From Escherichia phage HC6: DNA of 47,726 bases. Of this stretch, positions 19,475 to 31,588 are shown one piece after another (position 1 is the stretch's first letter; each line of letters starts with the position of its first letter). Where the stretch lies: the sequence record OL362274.1; one strand, 5' to 3'. A program made the position numbers and the translations under genes. Under the pieces are notes generated by a model, which had not been told where the DNA came from, made no database searches, and saw only the letters and a program-made list of their open reading frames with translations.

Positions 19475-20104
19475 TTAATCCTCATCACCAGAATTAGCAA
19501 TATCGTAAAACTGACCGTAGGTTATCTGCTTAAAGTTATCAGGTATCGTTACCTGTCCGTGACCTTCATCTTTTGTATTTGGCACAGCAAAAATCAAACA
19601 ATCATCCTTTTTCGGGTGTTTGCCTCCATAAGTAGAAAGCATTGCAAAACCAAATCCGCGACCAGATTGCTCACCAATGCCGGTACGTGCGATGCCATAA
19701 TGGTTAACAATGTAGTCCTTCCATTCTGGCAATAACTTTAATTTCTCGTTTGCCTCGCGCATCACTGCGTCCAGCTTTTTGTTGTATTCACGACCATCCT
19801 TTGTGTTTCCTTTCCCACGAACAATAACCACGCGCTGACCTTCCCAAAAATCTTCACGTTTTATTGTTACAGGGCATGGAAATTCAAATTTATTGCTCCA
19901 CGCAAAACTCTCAAGCAGGCCACCGCCAACAGCGCCCCAACTGCGCGTTGTGGTAAATGCGACAGCTCCAACCTTTTTCATTGCGTCACCGAGAATTTCA
20001 TTGCGGCGATTCTTGATGTCATCGTATGCGTCGATTAGTTTCTTAACATCATCACCTTCAACCATGTAATAATCATAATGTTTTGCGTTACTACTCATCT
20101 TCAT
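19475..20104 (-). CDS. hypothetical protein
   Basis: about 209 aa; first gene of minus-strand operon; start ATG 20104 or 20098 after GAGGTG; no motif recognised. Confidence 0.55.
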   Translation of the reverse strand: MKMSSNAKHYDYYMVEGDDVKKLIDAYDDIKNRRNEILGDAMKKVGAVAFTTTRSWGAVGGGLLESFAWSNKFEFPCPVTIKREDFWEGQRVVIVRGKGNTKDGREYNKKLDAVMREANEKLKLLPEWKDYIVNHYGIARTGIGEQSGRGFGFAMLSTYGGKHPKKDDCLIFAVPNTKDEGHGQVTIPDNFKQITYGQFYDIANSGDED

Positions 20105-20125
20105 CACCTCTAACATTTATTGTTG

Positions 20126-20185
20126 TTTCTACGTCACTAACTATAAACGCCACATCAATCTACGTCAACAGGAATATGCTAAAAT
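20126..20185. promoter_or_regulatory. divergent promoter region with paired TCTACGTCA motifs
   Basis: TTTCTACGTCAC and TCAATCTACGTCAACA followed by TAAAAT -10-like hexamer; between divergent genes 20104 and 20216. Confidence 0.45.
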
Positions 20186-20215
20186 CATGCTAATCAAACA
20201 ACAGGAGATTTAAAC

Positions 20216-20335
20216 ATGGGTTCAACCAACTCACCATCTCGTTCGCGCGCTACTGGCAACACAAAAACTGGCGGCAAAACTGGCGTGGTGAAGCCAAACG
20301 GCTCTACCCGTTCACCATCGCGCGGTAAAAAATAA
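20216..20335 (+). CDS. small basic peptide
   Basis: 39 aa (MGSTNSPSRSRATGNTKTGGKTGVVKPNGSTRSPSRGKK); AGGAG RBS; stop overlaps next ATG. Confidence 0.35.
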   Translation: MGSTNSPSRSRATGNTKTGGKTGVVKPNGSTRSPSRGKK

Positions 20336-20775
20336 TGTTCGGCGCAGATGTTGCCATCATGATCATGTATGTGCTTGGATTTGCCTGCACGGGCATGGTT
20401 GCGTTTCTGGTGTTCATTCCGGCAATGGTGATGTCTGTGTATCTTGGATGGGTGCTTGTTGATTCATTTCCCGCCGAATATCTGTATTACCTTGCGCAGT
20501 GTATGGTCTGGTTGTTTCCGGCTATTGCGCTGCGTAAAAGTACAAAGATGGCGCTCTGCGTGCTGACGATGAGCCTTTACGAATGGCTGGTTGCGATAGA
20601 GTCATTCGTATGGGAATTTATCACGCCTGTAGAAACGCCGCTTCATGCGCAGTACGCATTTATTATTATCGGCATCCATCTGTTCATCCTTTCCATCACT
20701 TTTAAATGGGGCGGCGAAATTGGACATTATTCTTGGCGTGGTTGCCATCGTTTTTTCGCTGATTCAAATCTATAA
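20335..20775 (+). CDS. polytopic membrane protein
   Basis: 146 aa with several hydrophobic segments. Confidence 0.55.
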   Translation: MFGADVAIMIMYVLGFACTGMVAFLVFIPAMVMSVYLGWVLVDSFPAEYLYYLAQCMVWLFPAIALRKSTKMALCVLTMSLYEWLVAIESFVWEFITPVETPLHAQYAFIIIGIHLFILSITFKWGGEIGHYSWRGCHRFFADSNL

Positions 20776-20807
20776 GTGCTGGAAACATATTATCAGCGAG
20801 ACTCGCA

Positions 20808-21092
20808 ATGAACGAAACACTAAGACAGGCCGCAGAGCAAGTTATAAGCGGGACGACGGGGCAGGTGATTGACAAGGCTGGATATGCCTCCATTGGTACT
20901 GGTATTGGACTGAAAGTTGCAGAGCAAACGCCTGTCACGCAGTCTTATTTTGAGGCTATGATTCCACACAGTCTGACAGAGTGGGCGGCAGTAGCGTCAA
21001 TCCTCGGCGCCCTGTCTCTGGTAATAAAGAACCTCTTTGAAATGTGGTGGAAGGTACGGGAGTCAAAAAAAAATGGCAGCACCAACACCTGA
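20808..21092 (+). CDS. hypothetical protein with C-terminal TM segment
   Basis: 94 aa; hydrophobic WAAVASILGALSLVI; ends in A9 tract. Confidence 0.5.
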   Translation: MNETLRQAAEQVISGTTGQVIDKAGYASIGTGIGLKVAEQTPVTQSYFEAMIPHSLTEWAAVASILGALSLVIKNLFEMWWKVRESKKNGSTNT

Positions 21093-21465
21093 AGAATTAG
21101 TAAGCCAGATGGCATCACGTGGAATGACTATCACCACAACGGATGCGTCTGGTATTCTGTGTCTTGTGGCATCAATCAGTGAATGCCTTGAGCTGAACTA
21201 CCCCAATGATGAATGCCGGCAAAATGCGATCATGCTGTGGGCTTCCATCCTGATTAGCGCAAATACCGCAGGGCGCTACGTCACCAGTCAGAGCGCACCA
21301 TCTGGCGCATCGCAATCATTCGCTTATGGCAGCAAGCCGTGGGTGGCGCTATACAATCAGATGAAACTACTGGATACAGCAGGATGCACTGGCGATTTAG
21401 TGGAAGACCCGGACGGCGGCGGCAAGCCGTGGTTTGCGGTTGTGCGTGGGAGTAAATGCAAATGA
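21073..21465 (+). CDS. putative head-tail connector / adaptor protein
   Basis: 130 aa from ATG 21073; function by position only. Confidence 0.4.
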   Translation: MAAPTPEELVSQMASRGMTITTTDASGILCLVASISECLELNYPNDECRQNAIMLWASILISANTAGRYVTSQSAPSGASQSFAYGSKPWVALYNQMKLLDTAGCTGDLVEDPDGGGKPWFAVVRGSKCK

Positions 21466-21803
21466 CTTCACTGGCTAACTGGAGCTACACGCAACCATGC
21501 ACCATCTGGCACAAAAGAGGCACTGACAAGTACGGCAAGCCAACTTTTGACGCGCCAGTGAGCATCATGTGCGATTATGGCTTTAACGATGATGTATCGA
21601 CCGATGCGAAAGGCAATGAGATTGTGCAGAAAAATACATTCTGGACAGAATACACTGACGCTAATGTTGGTGATTACATCATGATTGGCACGGTGACAGA
21701 AGCTGACCCGCTGGCGGCTGGCGCAAATCAGATTCTGAATGTGATTAACTATGGCTCAACTTTCAACAGGTCAGAGCCACCTGACTTTGCACTGGTGACA
21801 TAA
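21456..21803 (+). CDS. putative head-tail joining protein
   Basis: 115 aa; positional. Confidence 0.4.
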   Translation: MQMTSLANWSYTQPCTIWHKRGTDKYGKPTFDAPVSIMCDYGFNDDVSTDAKGNEIVQKNTFWTEYTDANVGDYIMIGTVTEADPLAAGANQILNVINYGSTFNRSEPPDFALVT

Positions 21804-22201
21804 TGCCAGCGAAATTAAGAGGCGTCCGACAGGCCGTAGAGAGAACATCGCAGATTGTGGATGAGATAATCGCCACGAAAGCTGTGCGTGCAATTAAGTC
21901 AGCGACATACATCATCCGCACCGAATCAGCCACGCTAACGCCAATTGATACATCAACGCTAATTAACAGTCAGTTTGATACCGTGGAAGTTAGCGGAACG
22001 CGAATCACTGGCAAGGTTGGCTACTCTGCAAAATATGCACTGTACGTCCACAATGCCAGCGGTAAACTTGCAGGGAAACCGCGCAGCAACGGCAACGGCA
22101 CGTATTGGTCGCCGGGTGGTGAACCACAATTCCTGACCAAAGCAGCGCAACGCACAAAAGACCTTGTTGATAGCGTGATTAAGAAGGAGATGACACTCTA
22201 A
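21803..22201 (+). CDS. tail completion protein (HK97 gp10-like)
   Basis: 132 aa; TLTPIDTSTL resembles the P(V/I)DTG-L motif of HK97 gp10-family proteins. Confidence 0.5.
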   Translation: MPAKLRGVRQAVERTSQIVDEIIATKAVRAIKSATYIIRTESATLTPIDTSTLINSQFDTVEVSGTRITGKVGYSAKYALYVHNASGKLAGKPRSNGNGTYWSPGGEPQFLTKAAQRTKDLVDSVIKKEMTL

Positions 22202-22575
22202 TGAATATGCTTGAACTGGTTGATGCATATCTTCAGGATGCAGGATTGTACGATGGCTGGACTTCGCAGCTGCAGTTCTGGAATGACACCGGAGATGGAA
22301 GTGAGCAATTTATTGTTCTGCAATCCAACGGTGGCACTCAGGTTATGGATGGCCTCGGCGGTGACTTCTATTTTTCGCTGTATGTTGTTGGCAAACAAGG
22401 CCAATACAATGTTGCTGATGTTGATTCGAAGGCCAATGAGATTATCGAATACATCAAAACACACCCGATTGATTCATGCGTTAACTACATCCAGTTGCAA
22501 GCGCCACTTGGCAGGGCAATGCTGACGGAAGAAAAAAGACCAGTGCATGAACTGCTATTGCGTGTTGTGAAATAA
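22201..22575 (+). CDS. putative tail terminator protein
   Basis: 124 aa; positional, before major tail gene. Confidence 0.4.
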   Translation: MNMLELVDAYLQDAGLYDGWTSQLQFWNDTGDGSEQFIVLQSNGGTQVMDGLGGDFYFSLYVVGKQGQYNVADVDSKANEIIEYIKTHPIDSCVNYIQLQAPLGRAMLTEEKRPVHELLLRVVK

Positions 22576-22577
22576 AT

Positions 22578-22602
22578 AAAGCCGCATGAAGCGGCTTTTA
22601 AT
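22578..22602 (+). terminator. rho-independent terminator
   Basis: AAGCCGC-atga-AGCGGCTT then TTAATTT. Confidence 0.55.
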
Positions 22603-22603
22603 T

Positions 22604-22680
22604 TGGTGGACACGGACGGATTTGAACCTTCAATCAGCCGATTATTAGTCGGTTGCTTTAACCAATTAAGCTACGCGTCC
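22604..22680 (-). tRNA. tRNA, anticodon AAT (Ile-like) by hand fold
   Basis: 77 nt cloverleaf on minus strand: 7-bp acceptor stem, GCTT/AAGC D-stem, GGTTCAAATCC T-arm, encoded CCA; anticodon and isotype need tRNAscan-SE. Confidence 0.6.
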
Positions 22681-22682
22681 AT

Positions 22683-23180
22683 AAGTGCTGGTTTAAGCAT
22701 TGCCAGCGTGCTTTCTTAACATCCAGCCCCGTAACCCATACGTACCCCTACATATGATTGCGATAATGCTGGATATTAAGTGTTGTGGTGGCCGGTGCTG
22801 ATCTCCGGCATAAGGCGCTTATTCGGCGGCGTCGAGCTTGCTTATTCGCTTGAGCCATCCTCGTGAGTCAGCCACGTCCCACTGCGCATCAGCCTGCGCA
22901 TTCACCACAACGGAAAGAGCACTGATGCGCTCACTTGGGACTCCTTAGCCATAACCCACGGGCTTCTGGTACACCAATGCTCTTACCTGTTGTGTTCCCT
23001 GACTTATTAATCACACCTCAGGGACGCAGTGCGCCGAATTTGTTTACAAGGAATCGGAAGACCTTGCTGACTTACAGGCTATTACGCCGCCATCAGAACA
23101 ACATCATCGTTTGCATTTATCTTTGTGGTCAGTTTCTAAAAAGTCCGCAAAGTCGCTCACGAAAACTATCTGAAATACAA
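22683..23180. other. ORF-free structured region, candidate ncRNA or cis element
   Basis: about 500 bp with no convincing ORF; long imperfect hairpin 22876..22941 and hairpin TCCCTGA...TCAGGGA near 22993..23021. Confidence 0.3.
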
Positions 23181-23222
23181 TCTACACCACAAAATAATCG
23201 CTGTCAACACCTGTGATATAAT
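23181..23222 (+). promoter_or_regulatory. promoter with extended -10 (TGaTATAAT) and upstream AATCTACACC / TGTCAACAC elements
   Basis: nearly same architecture as 24554..24603; 37 nt upstream of major tail gene. Confidence 0.45.
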
Positions 23223-23258
23223 CACCACGTTAGCAGCTAACACAATTCGGAGATCGAA

Positions 23259-23975
23259 ATGGCTATTTGTGCAAATGATAAAGGCGTTCTGGTCGGTCGC
23301 ATGACCCGACTGTTCCTTGCTGAAGGGTGCGGCGACGCAGTTCCGGATGCAGGCGACTGGAAGTATTTAGGCTCAACCACCAGTAAAGGCGTTGACTACT
23401 CGCCGCAGACCACTACGTCGGAAGCGGATACCGCTGGCGGCTTTGTTTCTACTCTCGTTACCAGCTCTGATATGACCATCAGTGCAGAGGTAGAAATCCG
23501 CAAGAATGACCCGAGCGATGAGTTTGGTTTTCATCGTCTGGTTGAGATTTACGCCACCGAACTGAAAGCGCGTCGTCAGCCTTCTTTGTGGGTACGTGAG
23601 GTAACTGGTGCAACTATCGTTACCGCGTACTGCAACATCACCAGCATCAGTTATGAAGGCGGCACCAACGACATCGTAACTGGCGGCCTTGAGTTCAAGG
23701 TTTACGATTCTGACAGCGTTACCGTCGAAAGCCTTGAGCCACTGAAGTTCACCACCGACCTGCAATCAACTGGCAGCACTGGCAGCCCGTTAACTGTTGC
23801 TGTTGAAGGTGGCGTCGCTCCTTACACCTACGTGTGGCGCAAAGATGGCGCGGTTGTTGGCGGCGAATCTGGCGCATCACTGGCAAGCCCAACTGCTGGC
23901 GTGTATACCGTTACGGTAACTGATTCATCTACTGACCCGGAAATTATTATCAGCACGGCGTGCACCGTATCCTGA
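23259..23975 (+). CDS. major tail tube protein with C-terminal Ig-like domain
   Basis: 238 aa; own promoter and terminator; Ser/Thr/Gly-rich C-terminal domain like lambda gpV Ig-like extension. Confidence 0.7.
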   Translation: MAICANDKGVLVGRMTRLFLAEGCGDAVPDAGDWKYLGSTTSKGVDYSPQTTTSEADTAGGFVSTLVTSSDMTISAEVEIRKNDPSDEFGFHRLVEIYATELKARRQPSLWVREVTGATIVTAYCNITSISYEGGTNDIVTGGLEFKVYDSDSVTVESLEPLKFTTDLQSTGSTGSPLTVAVEGGVAPYTYVWRKDGAVVGGESGASLASPTAGVYTVTVTDSSTDPEIIISTACTVS

Positions 23976-23980
23976 TAAAG

Positions 23981-24010
23981 AAAAAGCCCCGAAAGGGGCT
24001 TTGTTTTATT
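23981..24010. terminator. bidirectional rho-independent terminator
   Basis: AAAAAGCCCC-gaaa-GGGGCTTTGTTTTATT. Confidence 0.6.
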
Positions 24011-24188
24011 CTAGTGGCGGATCTGGTAACGGCATCCAGTGGGTCACGCACTCAACAAGCACGTTATCGCAGTAGAAATCCCAATATCTGTCGTAAGCCC
24101 CAGACCAAATCTCTCCATACTCATTGAATACCAGAATGGCTTTAAATTGCTCCGGCATCCGCTCACTACACTTAATCCACTGGCTCAT
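24006..24188 (-). CDS. DUF551-like protein
   Basis: 60 aa; W.KCSERMPE ... VTHWMPLPDPP matches DUF551 signature as recalled. Confidence 0.55.
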   Translation of the reverse strand: MSQWIKCSERMPEQFKAILVFNEYGEIWSGAYDRYWDFYCDNVLVECVTHWMPLPDPPLE

Positions 24189-24328
24189 ATCACCTTGTCC
24201 TCATCAAAAATCACGCCAATAACGCGAAGTAAGTCTTTCGCCATGCGTTCCGCTTCCTCGTAGTCGTAACCTGCATCAACATACAAATCAGTGTAGAAAA
24301 TCAGGTCAGCTTTTGTTTGTTCGTTCAT
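24185..24328 (-). CDS. hypothetical small protein
   Basis: 47 aa (MNEQTKADLIFYTDLYVDAGYDYEEAER...); ATGA overlap with DUF551 gene. Confidence 0.35.
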   Translation of the reverse strand: MNEQTKADLIFYTDLYVDAGYDYEEAERMAKDLLRVIGVIFDEDKVI

Positions 24329-24519
24329 TTCTTGTCGCCACTGTTAACTAATGCCCAAACAAGTGCCGCAACCCATCCAATAAAGCTCCACCCGACAAGA
24401 ATATTCAGTACACAGATTGCTGTCGTGTTTGTGTGCTTGCGTTGCAAAGCCACAAATGATGGAAGAAGATAAACAAATATAACCAATCCAGCAAAAAGCA
24501 ACAAAATAACAACATCCAT
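24325..24519 (-). CDS. superinfection immunity (Imm-like) membrane protein
   Basis: 64 aa; YLLPSFVALQRKHTNTTAICVLNILVGWSFIGWVAALVWAL fits Imm-family pattern as recalled. Confidence 0.65.
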   Translation of the reverse strand: MDVVILLLFAGLVIFVYLLPSFVALQRKHTNTTAICVLNILVGWSFIGWVAALVWALVNSGDKK

Positions 24520-24553
24520 AACTCACCTCATTCATATCTCGTTTCGATGATTT

Positions 24554-24603
24554 GAATCTACATCACCACCTCGCAGGTGTCAACACTACTGAGATGATAT
24601 AAT
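24554..24603 (+). promoter_or_regulatory. promoter with extended -10 (TGaTATAAT) and upstream AATCTACATC / TGTCAACAC elements
   Basis: shares element order with 23181..23222; upstream of tail chaperone and tape-measure genes. Confidence 0.45.
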
Positions 24604-24623
24604 CAACATCAGTCAAATTCAGG

Positions 24624-25370
24624 ATGCAAAACATGAGCAATCGCACGCCACTAACAGAAATCGGGGAGATGCGCATCTCGCTTTCTGACAGGAGTTTTTT
24701 CTTTAAGCCATCATTCCGTGCCATGAATGAAATTGGCACGCCAAAAGAAATCGTCGAGGTATACGCTAAGCTCAATGGCATTGATTATATTGCGCCGTTG
24801 CAGCACGTCGAATACCTGCCATTTGGCGCGCAGATGCAGGTTATGAAGACCATCAGCAAACCTGTGTATGGTCGCCATGTACTGAGCGCAGCCTATATCG
24901 TCATGCAATCATGCTGTGAAGATGATATTTCTGTGCTGATTGGTGGATGGAAGCCAACACCGCGCGGTGTGCGATACGTGCCGGGAGTAATGCCAATTGG
25001 CGGCACTGGACATTTGCCAGGTGGAACAGGTGGAATTATTGAGATTGCCCGCTCATTAATGGAGCACGGCATTATTGGCAAATCACCACTCAAAGTGCCT
25101 GAGCGTCTGGAAGAGCAGGGTAAGAAAACCACAAATGAGTTTCATGCGTCGCAATACATCATCTCAGCGCGCACGCATTTCGACATGACGCGTGATGAGG
25201 CCGAAAACCTGTCCATGACAGAGTTTCAGATGATGATTAAAAATAAATATCCAGAGCCGAAAGGGTTAACGAAAGAAGAGCGCGCGGCAGAGTACGATCA
25301 GGCTAAAGCAGACCGTGAGCGCATGAAGGCACTGGCTGAACGCAAAGCGAAAAAAGCGAGGAATACATAA
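24624..25370 (+). CDS. putative tail assembly chaperone
   Basis: about 246 aa directly upstream of tape measure; alternative start ATG 24633; single ORF, no frameshift site evident. Confidence 0.4.
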   Translation: MQNMSNRTPLTEIGEMRISLSDRSFFFKPSFRAMNEIGTPKEIVEVYAKLNGIDYIAPLQHVEYLPFGAQMQVMKTISKPVYGRHVLSAAYIVMQSCCEDDISVLIGGWKPTPRGVRYVPGVMPIGGTGHLPGGTGGIIEIARSLMEHGIIGKSPLKVPERLEEQGKKTTNEFHASQYIISARTHFDMTRDEAENLSMTEFQMMIKNKYPEPKGLTKEERAAEYDQAKADRERMKALAERKAKKARNT

Positions 25371-27744
25371 TGGCTGAAGAAGTCGGCGGAATTGTCTATG
25401 AAGTCGGGATGGATGTTAAAGGCCTGAAGGCTGGCGCGACAACAGCCAATAAGACTTTAGATGACCTTGAATCATCAACCAACAAAACCACAAGCGCCCT
25501 TGGCAAGCTGGATAAAAACGCCAGAAATGCTGGCAGCGGAATGAAAAATGCTGGCGGCGCAGCTTCAGGGCTAAAAACGCGGATGACGGCTCTTGCTGGC
25601 GCAATATCCGTGTCACTGATTATCGAATGGGGAAAGCGATTCCTTGATGTTGCCGATAACATGACACAACTTCAGGCAAGGATTGCTCGCTTGTCAACTG
25701 ATGCGAAAACCGCGAACGAAACATTCAGTACACTGGCAAATATCGCCTCGACCACTGGCGCAAGTCTCAGCGACACCACGAAGCTGTGGGAAACATTGAC
25801 GTCATCACTGAAAGAGGCTGGCGCGACAAATGCGCAGGTTCTTAACCTTACTGACACTCTGCAAAAGATAGGACGAATCGGCGGGTCATCAACAGAAGAA
25901 ATGGCGAACGCCCTGCGTCAGTTCGGTCAGTCAATTGCTTCTGGCACAATCCGCGCCGAAGAATTTAACTCCATCCTTGAACAGATGCCTGAACTTGCGC
26001 GCCAGATTGCAGCTGGACTTGGCATTTCAATGGGCGAACTTCGCGCCAGAATGCTTGACGGAAAGCTGACGGCAGAAGATGCACTGAATGCCATTCAGGA
26101 CAGGACAAGCATCGTCAATGCTGAGTTTGAAAAACTTCCTCGCACAATGGATCAGGCCGTTGGTTCTCTTGAAGTTTCATTCTCCAAACTTGTGGTTGCC
26201 GTTAACGATGCCACTGGCGCATCAAAAACAGCAGTAGAGATTATCGACCAGCTGGCAAAATACATTGATTTCCTCGGCGACAAATCAACCAGCACGAGCG
26301 ACAAGATTCTATCTCTCGCCACGGTTATCTCGAAGCTAAACCCAGGCGCATGGGCACAAATGGGGGTTGATGCGCTTTTCGGTGATGATGATATTGAGAA
26401 GCAAAAACAATATAACGATCAAGTCGAGCGATTCGTTAAGGCTTCAAAAGAAGGTTACGAGCAGACAAAGAAACAGGCTGAAGCAACAAAACACCTGAAG
26501 ATTGCACAAGCACCAACCAAAGACAAGAAAGGCAAAGGAAAGGGCAAAAGCGCCGAAGAACGGCAAGCTGAGTCAGTTGCTGAAAAGCTGGAGAAATTAC
26601 GCCAGCAAACCATGCTTAATGCCACATCTACCAGCGAACTCTCCCGCGAACAAGCTATTCTCAACGCGCAGCAATCGCTTGGCAAAGCTGCCACTCAGGA
26701 GCAAATAAAGCTGGCTGGTGAGTACGCTGCGAAAATTTGGGACCAGAAGAATGCACTGAAGGAGCAGGCAGAAGCGGAGAAGGAAAAGCAGCGCATAGAA
26801 AAATCATATCAGGGGTTGCGCGCTATTGCGTCGCCAACGACTGGCATTGACAGTGAATACCAGCAACGTATGGCTGACCTTGACGCATACGCCGCAGCAT
26901 ATCCACAAAAAATCAAGGAGATTGAGCAGACTCGCGCAGCAATTGAAGCACAATACCGCCAGCAGCGAATGGACGCCATGTGGGCAGAGTGGCAGCAGCA
27001 AAGCCTCGGGGCGCAATTGTTCGGTACGGCGCTTGATTCTGCAATGAGCACGGCATCAAATAGCATCACCGGATTGCTGACAGGAACAATGAGCGTTCAG
27101 GATGCCATGCGCAGTCTCGGCTCTACGGTACTCAACTCTCTGGTAAATAGTTTCGTCGAAATGGGTGTGCAGTGGGTTAAATCTGCTGTTATGGGACAGA
27201 CTGCGCAGGTTGCGGCAACAGCAACCACAACGGCGGCGCAAACAGCAGGGCTGGCAACCACAACAGCAGCATCCACGGCGGCAGCAGCCACTACCACGGC
27301 AGCATGGACTCCTGCAGCAATCGTAGCATCAATCGGCTCATTCGGCGGGGCAGCTGCAATTGGGGTAGGTGCCGTTCTCGGAGCTCTGGCGATGGGCATT
27401 GCTGGCAAGCGTAAAAATGGTGGCCCTGTTAGTGCCGGAAGTATGTACGAAGTGGGCGAAAATGGCTTGCCTGAAATATTCCAGGCGTCCAACGGTCGCC
27501 AGTATATGATTCCCGGTAACGATGGCTCAGTTATCAGCAACAAAGATATTACCGGAAGTGGCAGTGGCGTTGTGGTTTATAATAACGTGATAAATAACAG
27601 CTCAGCGCAGGTTAGCAGCAGCGCCAGAGATAACGGTGATGGCAGTGTGACGATTGAGACTATCGTTAGTGATATTTCGGAAAATGGCCCGATAGGGCAG
27701 GCCATCTCTAGAAACTACAACACCAACAGGAGAGCAACCGAATA

Positions 27745-27745
<1 letters not shown>
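25370..27745 (+). CDS. tail tape measure protein
   Basis: 791 aa, Ala/Gln-rich helical repeats, Gly/Ala/Thr-rich hydrophobic stretch near C-terminus. Confidence 0.9.
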
Positions 27746-31549
<3,804 letters not shown>

Positions 31550-31588
31550 TACAATATACATCAAATTCACAAAGGAGCATTTATTATA

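Noticed and set aside
22604-22680. tRNA as a prophage attachment site
   Set aside because: No integrase, excisionase or repressor gene is present in the window and the tRNA lies inside the tail module; more likely a phage-encoded tRNA.
22935-23216. 93-aa ORF in the structured intergenic region
   Set aside because: No RBS, low-complexity product, and it spans predicted hairpins and the promoter of the major tail gene; the region is better read as non-coding.
24624-25370. Programmed -1 frameshift in the tail chaperone gene
   Set aside because: The chaperone is a single continuous ORF abutting the tape-measure ATG, and I found no slippery heptamer with a suitably placed alternative frame.
27097-27543. 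148-aa Ala-rich antisense ORF inside the tape-measure gene
   Set aside because: Arises from the Ala/Thr-rich repeats of the tape-measure protein read on the opposite strand.
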